The notes: a model not told the origin generated them from the letters alone. Shown: positions 10,613-20,419, numbered from the stretch's first letter. The stretch is DNA of 64,000 nucleotides from Ignavibacteriota bacterium (GCA_963701295.1 OY969585.1:2880895-2944894), one strand, 5' to 3'. Numbers and translations: made by a program.

Positions 10613-11471
10613 AGGAAGAAAAGGCCATAATAATCACTGAACGAGCCCGGCGGTGTTCCTCACCCCGAGTACATAGAAATGGATATAAAAATCTTAAAAG
10701 AAGATAGAACCTCAAGGCTGACAATTCAAACCAAGACCTATGTGAGGCATAGAAGAGAAGCTGTGAATGACGATATTCGGTCTTGATCATATTGATGACT
10801 TCGTGAGATATACTCCCTCCACCTATGTGGATCAACGAATACTCTGCGCAATAAAATGACTGAAAACCGGCATTCTGCAAACGGAAACAAAGATCAGCAT
10901 CCTCAAAGTACATGAAGTAACGTTCATCAAATCCGTTTACTTTTTCGAAAGCTGATCGTCGAATCATAACAGCCGCAAATGAAACCCAATCAACTTGTCT
11001 CGGAGACCTGTTTTTCGGAATGTTCTTGAACAGTGCTGTATCTCTCTTTGTGCGAAGTTCATTCAGAAGAGATGGGAATTTTCCATAAGAATGCTGGTAG
11101 GTCCCATCTGAGTTCAGCAGCAATGGGCCAACCGCACCGCAGGAAGGATTCTCTTTCATGAATTGACTAAGAGGCGTGATAATATCTTCTTTGAATAATG
11201 TATCATTATTGATGAAAAACAAATATTCACCGGTTGACGCATTTGCACCAATATTATTTGCCTTGCCAAAACCAAGATTTTGCTGTTGAGCAATAACTTT
11301 AATCTTGGGATATTGCATCTTTATCGCTTCAACACTGCCATCTCTTGAATCATTATCAACAATAATAATTTCGAAAAAACCCTTTTCGTGCATCCTTTTT
11401 ATTGACTCAATACATCGTATGGTATGTTGGCAACCATTAAAGTTTACTATTATAATGGATACCTTAATCAT
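10596..11471 (-). CDS. Glycosyltransferase family 2
   Basis: N-terminal VSIIIVNFNG...IIVDNDSRDGS (GT-A, DxD region). Confidence 0.75.
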   Translation of the reverse strand: MIKVSIIIVNFNGCQHTIRCIESIKRMHEKGFFEIIIVDNDSRDGSVEAIKMQYPKIKVIAQQQNLGFGKANNIGANASTGEYLFFINNDTLFKEDIITPLSQFMKENPSCGAVGPLLLNSDGTYQHSYGKFPSLLNELRTKRDTALFKNIPKNRSPRQVDWVSFAAVMIRRSAFEKVNGFDERYFMYFEDADLCFRLQNAGFQSFYCAEYSLIHIGGGSISHEVINMIKTEYRHSQLLFYASHRSWFELSALRFYLLLRFLYPFLCTRGEEHRRARSVIIMAFSSYAYRS

Positions 11472-11538
11472 TTTGAATCCCTTTTATCAGTAATAGCGGA
11501 TGCATAGTTAAAATCGATATAAAATATGGACATGCACA

Positions 11539-12528
11539 CTATCTCTTCTTTTGCCTAAAATTGTAATCGAAAAAAATCTTTGATTCTGATCTCCTGCGGC
11601 TGTAGAAATAACGAAGACCTATCATGACAGGCACTGGGAAACAGGCAATCAACCATGCAAAGATTTTCCAGTGTAGACTTAGCCTCTTTTCTGAAAAGTA
11701 CTGATTGTAAGATTGAAGGTCATACACACCTTCACTTCGATAAGCAAGAAGGTATTTGAAATTTTTCCAGGGTTCCCTTTGAGTGATACTCTTTTTTGCA
11801 CCATCAGAAATATCCTTGAAAGACCAAACCAGTCCGGGCCACTTAAACATCCAAATGTCAATACTGCGTGTTGTCCACTGAGAATTGCCATAACGGATAC
11901 TAATATAAGGATGGGAAATAATTACAGCCGCTTCCTCCAGTGGTCGCTGAAAAAGAACACCAATATGTATAAATTCAGTGCCATAATAAAGCTTCCGCTC
12001 TCGGCTGAGCCATGTGCTTCGCCGTATCACCACCGCACCAATAAATGAAAGAAGCCACATCGCATCAATGAAAAGATTTTCCATTTCATTTGAGGCATAT
12101 ATCTTATTCTCTTTCATCCTGATTCGCTGACTTTGCAGGACGCCCGATAATTCGCGGTTCTGAACATCAGCGTTCACAATTACCAACCCATAGCCTGCAT
12201 TGATTGCTGATTTCACCGCGGCGACAGCTCCAGGTTTCAGCAGGTCATCATCCGTAAAAAGCCAACAGAAATCTCCACGGGCAAGTTCAACTGATTTATC
12301 GTAATCTTGGTCAACGCCGCCTTTTTGGGGAAAACGGATGTAACGAATTAGTTCGGATTTCTTGATGTAGTTACGCACGACATTCTCAGTATCATCTGTG
12401 GACGCTCCGTCAACCACCACCAATTCAACATCCTCTGTTAACTGAGGAATAATACTATCGAGTGTTTCACCAATGTAATCAGCGCGGTTGTAGGTTGCGA
12501 TGCATATTGAGAGAAGTGGAGCTTTCAT
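11539..12528 (-). CDS. Glycosyltransferase family 2
   Basis: LSICIATYNRADYIGETLDSI...VVDGASTDDT. Confidence 0.75.
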   Translation of the reverse strand: MKAPLLSICIATYNRADYIGETLDSIIPQLTEDVELVVVDGASTDDTENVVRNYIKKSELIRYIRFPQKGGVDQDYDKSVELARGDFCWLFTDDDLLKPGAVAAVKSAINAGYGLVIVNADVQNRELSGVLQSQRIRMKENKIYASNEMENLFIDAMWLLSFIGAVVIRRSTWLSRERKLYYGTEFIHIGVLFQRPLEEAAVIISHPYISIRYGNSQWTTRSIDIWMFKWPGLVWSFKDISDGAKKSITQREPWKNFKYLLAYRSEGVYDLQSYNQYFSEKRLSLHWKIFAWLIACFPVPVMIGLRYFYSRRRSESKIFFDYNFRQKKR

Positions 12529-13496
12529 TCACTTTCCTCAGCTTTAATGAATTCGAGCATGATGACACCTTCGCCCGGAAGATCGTCTGTAGAAGAAAAC
12601 GACTGATATTCTCTTGCAATCATGTAGGGCTCGCGCCAGAAGGGATAAAAAGCACCAAGAAGTCGCTTCATCGAAGTATTCCTGAAAAAAAGGCCACGGC
12701 TCTTTTCACCATAGACTGCGAAATAAACTGGCATACCCGTTACACTAAAAATGCACGACTCTAACCGTTTACGATCATAATAATGCTGCCAGAAGGTATA
12801 GCCATCGTCTCCCTGATTGAGCACACCGTACTGGTTATAGCTGATGTACTGTTCCGTCGATTGAGACAAACAGGGGAGCGTCAGGATGAGTTTTCCGCCA
12901 AGACGAAGTAGTGACCACATCGTTTTAAGGGCAGCTTTATCTTCAGGTATATGCTCCAGTACGGAGAGACAGGTTATGAGATCAAATGAAGCAGAAGGAA
13001 AACTGGTATTCTCAAGGATGTCATTGAAAAACTCGCAGCGAGATTTCAACCCAAGTGCATTTGCCAACTTCTCTGTCTCTCTCAGATCATTTGAATCTGG
13101 ATTAATTAGTTCAGCGGTTGCTCCTGGCGCCGCTTTCAAAAGAAGGAGCGGCATGAGCCGTGGGGAAGAGACATCAAGGTAGCGTCTGAAGGAAAAACCC
13201 TCCAACCTTTTCCAGACTTCGTGAAACTCAAAATAACGAGTTGAATCCATAGGTAAAAAAAGATAATTATAGCAGGTTTTCAGTGATATGCGTCTAGTAA
13301 TGAACAGAATCGCAGCGGTTGCTGCACAACGCAGATGAAAACCAATTCCTGGTGCTCCTGCAATTTGAGCCATTACAAGATAGAGGGGCGAGAAAAATAT
13401 TCCCTTCAGTCGTACCCACAGTTTGTACAAAAAGCTGTACGACATCGGAAGCGGGACTTCAATAAATTGTTTTCTAACATGAGGGTCGTTGTTCAT
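12525..13496 (-). CDS. Class I SAM-dependent methyltransferase with an N-terminal membrane segment
   Basis: DLITCLSVLEHIPEDKAALKTMWSLLRLGGKLILTLP (type-11-like methyltransferase fold). 4-bp overlap with the upstream GT2 gene. Confidence 0.55.
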   Translation of the reverse strand: MNNDPHVRKQFIEVPLPMSYSFLYKLWVRLKGIFFSPLYLVMAQIAGAPGIGFHLRCAATAAILFITRRISLKTCYNYLFLPMDSTRYFEFHEVWKRLEGFSFRRYLDVSSPRLMPLLLLKAAPGATAELINPDSNDLRETEKLANALGLKSRCEFFNDILENTSFPSASFDLITCLSVLEHIPEDKAALKTMWSLLRLGGKLILTLPCLSQSTEQYISYNQYGVLNQGDDGYTFWQHYYDRKRLESCIFSVTGMPVYFAVYGEKSRGLFFRNTSMKRLLGAFYPFWREPYMIAREYQSFSSTDDLPGEGVIMLEFIKAEESE

Positions 13497-13584
13497 TTTA
13501 TTTATGATGAACTAAATCTTTCTATTTAGAGATTATTAGGTTGCTTCGAAGCAATTCGCAATATAATTCCCGATAATTATTTTA

Positions 13585-14413
13585 GGTAATTAGGTAAGAA
13601 TGTAACCATAGAATAATTGTAAGTATATTATTTTATGGCAAGTTCCAGTAAAATCAGTTACCATGACAACTTTTTGAGTGGAAAGAAGTGTGTGTATTGT
13701 GGATCGTTCAACGTCTGTCGAACGAAACGCGGCTACGTAAAATGCAACAAGTGTCAAAGACAAAAAGGAAGTCATCTTCTTCGGCGAGAGTTGAAAATCA
13801 TTCTTGGTTTTTATCAACAGCAACCGGCGTATCGATTGGCAAATGATCTTGGAATAAATTATAAAACTGTTACCAGAGTCTATCAGCGCATTCGAGAAGC
13901 GATTTATCATGTGAGCGAACTTGAAGCTGGCAAGCTCAAAGGAGAAATAGAATTGGACGAAGCGTATTTTGGTGGTCGTCGCAAAGGCAAACGAGGACGC
14001 GGTGCAGGCGGAAAAAGTATCGTTTTTGGGCTTCTGGAGCGCAATGGACGGGTCTATACTAAGGTTGTTGATTCTGTCTCGGCCAATGAATTGATGGATC
14101 ATATTCGACAACATACCAAGAAAGGATCGGTCTACTTCACGGACACCTTTCGTAGTTATCGCTCCTTGAAACGCTTTGGAAAACATCATACCATTAGTCA
14201 TGGAAAGAAATTTCCGAAAACAAAGAATCATATTAATGGTATTGAAGGATTTTGGTCTTTTGCTAAACATGTCTTATATAATTATCGCGGTGTTTCAAAA
14301 TATCATTTTCCTATGTATCTTAAAGAAGTTGAATATCGTTTTAACCATCGCGATGACAATTTGTTGAAACTCTTTACTCTAATCTATTTCGGTTACGTTT
14401 CTACCTAATTACC
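13585..14413 (+). mobile_element. IS1595-family insertion sequence, copy 1
   Basis: 23-bp terminal inverted repeats GGTAATTAGGTAAGAATGTAACC (13585-13607) and the reverse complement of GGTAATTAGGTAGAAACGTAACC (14391-14413). A perfect 8-bp direct repeat TTATTTTA flanks the element at 13577-13584 and 14414-14421. Confidence 0.8.
13635..14408 (+). CDS. IS1595-family (ISXO2-like) DDE transposase
   Basis: 257 aa with an N-terminal Cys-rich zinc finger (CVYCGS...CNKCQ) and a DDE-type core. Near-identical to the CDS at 18264-19037. Confidence 0.85.
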   Translation: MASSSKISYHDNFLSGKKCVYCGSFNVCRTKRGYVKCNKCQRQKGSHLLRRELKIILGFYQQQPAYRLANDLGINYKTVTRVYQRIREAIYHVSELEAGKLKGEIELDEAYFGGRRKGKRGRGAGGKSIVFGLLERNGRVYTKVVDSVSANELMDHIRQHTKKGSVYFTDTFRSYRSLKRFGKHHTISHGKKFPKTKNHINGIEGFWSFAKHVLYNYRGVSKYHFPMYLKEVEYRFNHRDDNLLKLFTLIYFGYVST

Positions 14414-14436
14414 TTATTTTAATACCGGGTGCCACA

Positions 14437-15981
14437 TCAAATTGATTTTATTTTCAAAAAAAATAATGCATGCAACCATGTTCTCGTTACAGGAGTAATA
14501 ATTGCCGTTATTCCAAGTGTAAGAACTGAAATAATAATTAAATAGTGTACCATTATATATTGGGAAATAGGCTCTTTCACCAACATTCGACCAAAACCTG
14601 CTACCAATGTGGATGCCACAAGTGCTAGGCAGACATCTTGCCGATACCACCGCCACATTTCTTTTCGTAATATTTTTCGGTGCATTATGGGAATTTCAAA
14701 AAATACGTATCCGATATTCAAAAGCACCCATGCACTTGATGCACCTACAGCACCATATTGCATCGCTAAAAATATAATCAGTGGAACCATAATAATCACA
14801 GCAATAATATTTTTGATAAAAGATAATTTTGTCCACCCAAACGCCAGCTGTAATGCATACGGTGGATTCATAAGACCATTCAATGCAGTTCCACAAATCA
14901 TAATACTAACAATGAGATGAGTCTTTTCGGCTGTTATCGGATTCTGTGTCCACAGAAAAATAACTTCATAGGAAAACAAAGCAATAACAATTGCGATTGG
15001 CAAGGTCAATACTGCAATGAATTGGCAGCTTTTATGATAAAGACGTTTTAATTCATCCAAATCATTAATTGAAACCAGTTGAGTAAATCTTGGGTAAATA
15101 CTAAAAAAAACTGGAGAAAAAAGACGCCCAAGACTCATTGCTATCAAACTTGCAAGCGAATAATAACCAAACATTTCCAACGAGAGTAACTTGCTTAATA
15201 TAACCTTATCTATCTGCGTAAGAACAACTGCAAGAATGGAAATTCCACTCATTCCTGCTGTAAACTTCCAAATTCCTTGAAGAAGTATTTTTTGAAAAAC
15301 AGGTTTACTTTCAGTACGAGGAAGATTTTTCCACAAAGTAACTGTAAATATAAAAGAATTAACGATACTAATTCCCAATTGCCATAATAAAAATGCCTGT
15401 ATAGTCGGAGAAACCAACCATAAAACGAAGACAGCGCCAACACCGCGCAATGTGCCCATGCATATATTGATACCATTAAGAAGAACCTGTTTTTGCAATC
15501 CCATCAGTCCTCCAGAATAAAATCCGTTAGGCATCTGAAAAATCGCAATGAGACCCATAATCACAAATGCTTGTTCAATTATTTTGGGAGATAATGCTCC
15601 TGCTTTTACCCAATAATGCGCTAAGAATGGTGAAATTGATATAATCACAATTCCTACAAAAACAGCAATACCCCAATATATCGTTTCCAGAGTACGAACA
15701 AGGTTGCGTCTTTCTTGGTCCTTCCCCGGCAAAACGGATAGCCTCGCCATTTCCCTGGTTAGGGTACTTCCTAAACCTACGTCTAAAAGTCCAAAAATAG
15801 CTTGAAGTGTCGCAAATATACCAACTAAACCATACGACTCCATTCCTATGTACTTAATGTATAATGGAATAAAGAGCAAACCCATAAGAGCCTGCCAAAA
15901 GGTTCCGGCAAAATTGGCAGTAATATTTTTTTTTAAAGGATTTGAAGAAATTTGTGAAGATGTAGATTTTTCATTTATCAT
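14437..15981 (-). CDS. Wzx-type oligosaccharide flippase / polysaccharide biosynthesis protein (MOP superfamily)
   Basis: 514 aa with about 12-14 transmembrane helices. The N-terminus follows the family pattern N..W.......L.....YLG.E.YG... Confidence 0.6.
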   Translation of the reverse strand: MINEKSTSSQISSNPLKKNITANFAGTFWQALMGLLFIPLYIKYIGMESYGLVGIFATLQAIFGLLDVGLGSTLTREMARLSVLPGKDQERRNLVRTLETIYWGIAVFVGIVIISISPFLAHYWVKAGALSPKIIEQAFVIMGLIAIFQMPNGFYSGGLMGLQKQVLLNGINICMGTLRGVGAVFVLWLVSPTIQAFLLWQLGISIVNSFIFTVTLWKNLPRTESKPVFQKILLQGIWKFTAGMSGISILAVVLTQIDKVILSKLLSLEMFGYYSLASLIAMSLGRLFSPVFFSIYPRFTQLVSINDLDELKRLYHKSCQFIAVLTLPIAIVIALFSYEVIFLWTQNPITAEKTHLIVSIMICGTALNGLMNPPYALQLAFGWTKLSFIKNIIAVIIMVPLIIFLAMQYGAVGASSAWVLLNIGYVFFEIPIMHRKILRKEMWRWYRQDVCLALVASTLVAGFGRMLVKEPISQYIMVHYLIIISVLTLGITAIITPVTRTWLHALFFLKIKSI

Positions 15982-16082
15982 TCAAAACCCTGTACGAATA
16001 ATAATTTTTCCACATACTTATCGATCGCATATTTTTAAAATAATTCCTTTCCTGAATTGTTGAATACCAATACATATGGCCT

Positions 16083-16976
16083 CTAAAAGTTACTTTCACC
16101 CATCATGACATCTGCAAGCTGGTGAAAACTGACTTTTTGTTTCCATCCAAGGCTTTTAATCAAAGATGGATTACTAACTAATATGTTAAATTCAGGAACG
16201 TAATTATCTTTTAATTGGATATGCTCTTCCCATTTTTTGTTGATTTTACTGAAACAATATTCTATCCACTCCTTCATACTGTGCGCCTCTCCAGAACCAA
16301 TAACTGCCTCGTGAATATTATTTTGATTAATTAAAATCCAAATTGCTTCTATTACATCCAATGCATAATTAAATTCCTTTTGAACATTAATATTTCCCAA
16401 TTCTATTTTTTCGTTACTCCCCGACTTAATTCGCTTTATGGTTTGAACGATCTTCTGGTTAATATGTTTTTCTGATCTAATAGGACTATCATGATGAAAT
16501 AAATATCCGACATATGTTTGCAAACCAAACGTGTTCCGATAATATCGAGAAGAATAAACTGAGTGTATTCGTGATACAGAATATGGACTAGAACCTTCAA
16601 ATGAAGTTTGTTCATCGATTGGGTTTCCATCATTCTTAAATTGCAATGCACTTCCAGAAATAAATATTTTTGAGTCTGGACAGTGAAGTCTTGCAGATTC
16701 AAGAATATTTAGAGTACCGGTACAAATTGTTTGATGATTTTCAAATAATGCGGAGTGCTTTGTAGTAGAAATTGAGGCAAAATTGAAAATATATCTGGGC
16801 TGTTTTATTTTTATTTGTTCTTCAACAAAAGCATAATCACGGACATCGCCAATGATACTTCCTTCGGATCTCGATATGCAGTCTACCTTCTTTCCATTAT
16901 TTTCTAGTAAATACTTTAAATATCTGCCATCCTGACCATTTGAACCAAAGATAATTGCATCAATACGCTCCTTCAT
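16083..16976 (-). CDS. Short Gmd/Rmd-like extended SDR (GDP-4-keto-6-deoxy-D-mannose reductase-like)
   Basis: 297 aa. Aligns along its length with the Gmd at 51288-52328 (GSNGQDGRYL versus [10 protein letters not shown]; LFHHDSPIRSEKHINQKIV versus [18 protein letters not shown]) but is shorter. The catalytic Y-x-x-x-K reads YSVSR. Confidence 0.5.
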   Translation of the reverse strand: MKERIDAIIFGSNGQDGRYLKYLLENNGKKVDCISRSEGSIIGDVRDYAFVEEQIKIKQPRYIFNFASISTTKHSALFENHQTICTGTLNILESARLHCPDSKIFISGSALQFKNDGNPIDEQTSFEGSSPYSVSRIHSVYSSRYYRNTFGLQTYVGYLFHHDSPIRSEKHINQKIVQTIKRIKSGSNEKIELGNINVQKEFNYALDVIEAIWILINQNNIHEAVIGSGEAHSMKEWIEYCFSKINKKWEEHIQLKDNYVPEFNILVSNPSLIKSLGWKQKVSFHQLADVMMGESNF

Positions 16977-16988
16977 TGTAATTCCCTT

Positions 16989-18218
16989 TTATACAATTTC
17001 AATTTCCGGCAATGGGAAAATAAATTTTCCTCCTTGTGCGACATATTCTTTTTCGCGATGTAAAATACTATCCTTAAAATGCCAAGGTAAAACTAAAAAA
17101 TAATCTGGATTCATTGCTTTCGCTTCAACTTCAGATATGATCGGTATATTTGTGCCAGGAGTAAAAGAACCATATTTTTCCTTGTTTACTTCAGCAATAA
17201 ATGGAATGTGCTTACTCGTAAATCCACAAAATTGCAATAATACATTTCCCTTTGTACTAGCTCCATAACCAATAATTTTCCTTCCATCCGCAACTAATGC
17301 TTGAATTAAATTTATTAAGTTTTTCCGGTGTCGGAATACTCTTTCTTCAAAATCTCTATACGGTTTTGGATTATCAAGTCCCATATCATCTTCTTGTTTT
17401 AGCAACCAATCAATGATCGGTGTATTAGGCATATAAGACGCATTCTTTTTACAAGACGTAACCGCAAAACTTCCACCATTAATTGAGCTCATTTGAACAT
17501 CCATAACCTTCATTCCACAAATATCCAAAATACTTTTAACAACTTTTAAAGAGTAAAATTCTAAATGTTCATGACAAATTGTATCATAACTATTAGTTCG
17601 AAGCATACTTGGCATATAGCTTTGTTCAAAATGCCAAATACCATCATCTGTTAAACATTGTTCAATATCTCTTACAAAATCTATCGGTGATTCTAAATCA
17701 TAGAACATCGCAATGGATGTGATAATTTTAGCTTTGTCATTGGGGATATTGTCCTTAAATGTCTTTGCAGTAAAAAAATCAGGAATTAAAGTGATATCAT
17801 TTCCATAGTATTTTTTGAACTTCAATCCGGTAGGGTCTATTCCAACTTTTTTATGCTTTCCCGAATATGCCTTTAATGATGTTGCATCATTACTACCAAT
17901 ATCTATTACTAAGTCAGTATCGTTTAGTTTGACAAGACGTTCCAGGGTTTTAATTTTTTGTTCAAGATGTCTTACCATTGATGAATTTAATCCAGATCGG
18001 TATCCATAATTATCTCCGTACATCTCTTGAAGACTGTAAGATTGTTTCATTTGTAATAATCCACTGTCAGGACACCAAACTAGGTCCAAAGGACCTTTTG
18101 TGATCTTTTCATCAATCCTTTTTGGAAAAACGCCTGTTAGATATTGATTCCCAAGAGATAATACTGGTATAAGATTTGTACTCTGACTAATTCGACATTT
18201 GGTTATTTCTGAATACAT
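16989..18218 (-). CDS. NDP-hexose C-methyltransferase family (TylCIII-like; Methyltransf_13/14 domains)
   Basis: 409 aa. SAM motif DIGSNDATSL. C-terminal IIGYGASTKGNVLLQFCGF typical of the C-methyltransferase C-terminal domain. N-terminal degenerate zinc-ribbon region. Confidence 0.6.
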   Translation of the reverse strand: MYSEITKCRISQSTNLIPVLSLGNQYLTGVFPKRIDEKITKGPLDLVWCPDSGLLQMKQSYSLQEMYGDNYGYRSGLNSSMVRHLEQKIKTLERLVKLNDTDLVIDIGSNDATSLKAYSGKHKKVGIDPTGLKFKKYYGNDITLIPDFFTAKTFKDNIPNDKAKIITSIAMFYDLESPIDFVRDIEQCLTDDGIWHFEQSYMPSMLRTNSYDTICHEHLEFYSLKVVKSILDICGMKVMDVQMSSINGGSFAVTSCKKNASYMPNTPIIDWLLKQEDDMGLDNPKPYRDFEERVFRHRKNLINLIQALVADGRKIIGYGASTKGNVLLQFCGFTSKHIPFIAEVNKEKYGSFTPGTNIPIISEVEAKAMNPDYFLVLPWHFKDSILHREKEYVAQGGKFIFPLPEIEIV

Positions 18219-18258
18219 ACTTAATAGTCCTATATGATAGGTTCATATTATAGTTTTA

Positions 18259-19087
18259 GGTAATTAGGTAGAAACGTAACCGAAATAGATTAGAGTAAAG
18301 AGTTTCAACAAATTGTCATCGCGATGGTTAAAACGATATTCAACTTCTTTAAGATACATAGGAAAATGATATTTTGAAACACCGCGATAATTATATAAGA
18401 CATGTTTAGCAAAAGACCAAAATCCTTCAATACCATTAATATGATTCTTTGTTTTCGGAAATTTCTTTCCATGACTAATGGTATGATGTTTTCCAAAGCG
18501 TTTCAAGGAGCGATAACTACGAAAGGTGTCCGTGAAGTAGACCGATCCTTTCTTGGTATGTTGTCGAATATGATCCATCAATTCATTGGCCGAGACAGAA
18601 TCAACAATCTTAGTATAGACCCGTCCATTGCGCTCCAGAAGCCCAAAAACGATACTTTTTCCGCCTGCACCGCGTCCTCGTTTGCCTTTGCGACGACCAC
18701 CAAAATACGCTTCGTCCAATTCTATTTCTCCTTTGAGCTTGCCAGCTTCAAGTTCGCTCACATGATAAATCGCTTCTCGAATGCGCTGATAGACTCTGGT
18801 AACAGTTTTATAATTTATTCCAAGATCATTTGCCAATCGATACGCCGGTTGCTGTTGATAAAAACCAAGAATGATTTTCAACTCTCGCCGAAGAAGATGA
18901 CTTCCTTTTTGTCTTTGACACTTGTTGCATTTTACGTAGCCGCGTTTCGTTCGACAGACGTTGAACGATCCACAATACACACACTTCTTTCCACTCAAAA
19001 AGTTGTCATGGTAACTGATTTTACTGGAACTTGCCATAAAATAATATACTTACAATTATTCTATGGTTACATTCTTACCTAATTACC
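18259..19087 (-). mobile_element. IS1595-family insertion sequence, copy 2 (inverted relative to copy 1)
   Basis: Same terminal inverted repeats (18259-18281 and 19065-19087). The 8-bp flanks are TAGTTTTA and AAATTTTA, a 6/8 match, so the target-site duplication is imperfect. Confidence 0.8.
18264..19037 (-). CDS. IS1595-family DDE transposase
   Basis: 257 aa, identical to copy 1 except for one V/I substitution. Confidence 0.85.
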   Translation of the reverse strand: MASSSKISYHDNFLSGKKCVYCGSFNVCRTKRGYVKCNKCQRQKGSHLLRRELKIILGFYQQQPAYRLANDLGINYKTVTRVYQRIREAIYHVSELEAGKLKGEIELDEAYFGGRRKGKRGRGAGGKSIVFGLLERNGRVYTKIVDSVSANELMDHIRQHTKKGSVYFTDTFRSYRSLKRFGKHHTISHGKKFPKTKNHINGIEGFWSFAKHVLYNYRGVSKYHFPMYLKEVEYRFNHRDDNLLKLFTLIYFGYVST

Positions 19088-19245
19088 AAATTTTATTATA
19101 TTATTATTTTTAATAAATAGAAATCTATTATATACACTGATTGAAAAATAAATCCTATTCTGTTTAAGGTTATTAGATAGAGCGTAAATTTATCTTCTTG
19201 TTTAATAAAATAGACCACCGTAATTGTGAGGATGACCGCTGCAAT

Positions 19246-19556
19246 TCACGCCCACAATTTCATGTAAAATTTATTTCTTAAGAGTTCATAGCGATTTTCT
19301 GGATCCTTAACAAAATTGCGCCCAACAATGCTATCCAAACCCAATGTCGTAAGCACACCAAAAAGACCTGCAAATGCAATAACATGATTTCGAAGCCGTG
19401 TTGCTCCGGCCCAAGATAACTTGCAACCCATATTCCAACTACAAGTCCTACTCCCATTCTTAAGACTTTATCAAAAGACAACCAGCCAATATTATGGACA
19501 ATATTTTGCAACTTATCCGATTGCATGTATCTCTCTTCTGAGATCATCTTGCTCAA
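19246..19556 (-). pseudogene. Remnant of a Wzx-type flippase: N-terminal ~100 codons, frameshifted and truncated
   Basis: Two overlapping frames read ...NIGWLSFDKVLRMGVGLVVGIWVASYLGPEQHGF and ...VIAFAGLFGVLTTLGLDSIVGRNFVKDPEN. Joined, they match the conserved flippase N-terminus seen in the other two flippases. The remnant ends about 158 bp before IS copy 2. Confidence 0.5.
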
Positions 19557-20419
19557 TTGTCTTTCAATTCTTCCATACTTGAGGTACTCTTGAGGATTGG
19601 GGTTACTTTCACTTGCCGAATCCGACGTGCGCTCTTCGAGATTATTGCAAAGATGAAATTCTCTGCTCGGATCTCTTCATTGAATTCTGGCAGTCGTCCT
19701 GTGATTGTCTGTAAATATCCGGCTACTGTTTCATACTCCGGTGCCTCCGGCAGCTTCAAACGAAACTGCTGATTAAAGTCTGCAATGGATAACGCAGCAT
19801 CTACAATAACCGACCCATCTCCAGCTTGTTCTACTGATTTGCGCACTTCGTCATATTCATCAAAGATGTCTCCGACAATTTCTTCGATGATATCCTCCAT
19901 GGTAACGATGCCTTCTGTTCCGCCATACTCGTCTACTACAGTACCGATATGAACTTTGTATTGCTGGAATTCATGCAAGAGCTGGCTAATCTTTTTTGAT
20001 TCTGGAACGAAGTGCGCAGGCCGGATAATATCCTGGAGAATAATAAGCGAGCGATGCTCTAAAAGACTGAGCAAATCTTTGCTGTAAATAACACCAATGA
20101 TATGGTCAATAGTACCTTTGTAGACAGGTAATCGTGAGTACCCTTCTTCAATCACTTTTCGTACTAAAACATCCCGAGACATAGAAATGTCAAGAGCAAC
20201 AATATCAGGACGCGGCACCATGATTTCCTTTGCTGTTATATCGGAAAACTGTAAAATACTCTTTATGAGTTCAAGTTCCGTTTTATCAATTGCCCCGCTG
20301 AGAGAACCGGCATCAATAACCTGCTTGAGCTCGTCTTCCGATAGTTTCGCTCTCAGCAATCCTCCTTTGATCAGTGCATCTCTCAATATGGTTTTCATTG
20401 ATCTCATATCTTCATCCAC
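19553..20419 (-). CDS. corC: CBS-pair plus CorC/HlyC-domain protein (CorC/YbeX-like; no DUF21 membrane domain)
   Basis: 288 aa. A CBS pair (ITAKEIMVPRPDIV...) followed by the C-terminal transporter-associated CorC_HlyC domain. Confidence 0.75.
   Translation of the reverse strand: MDEDMRSMKTILRDALIKGGLLRAKLSEDELKQVIDAGSLSGAIDKTELELIKSILQFSDITAKEIMVPRPDIVALDISMSRDVLVRKVIEEGYSRLPVYKGTIDHIIGVIYSKDLLSLLEHRSLIILQDIIRPAHFVPESKKISQLLHEFQQYKVHIGTVVDEYGGTEGIVTMEDIIEEIVGDIFDEYDEVRKSVEQAGDGSVIVDAALSIADFNQQFRLKLPEAPEYETVAGYLQTITGRLPEFNEEIRAENFIFAIISKSARRIRQVKVTPILKSTSSMEELKDN

Noticed and set aside
13590-14270. 226-aa ORF antisense inside IS copy 1, with an identical ORF at 18402-19082 in copy 2
   Set aside because: It lies entirely within and opposite the transposase gene, and its sequence is low-complexity with no features. 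Its duplication simply reflects the duplication of the IS.
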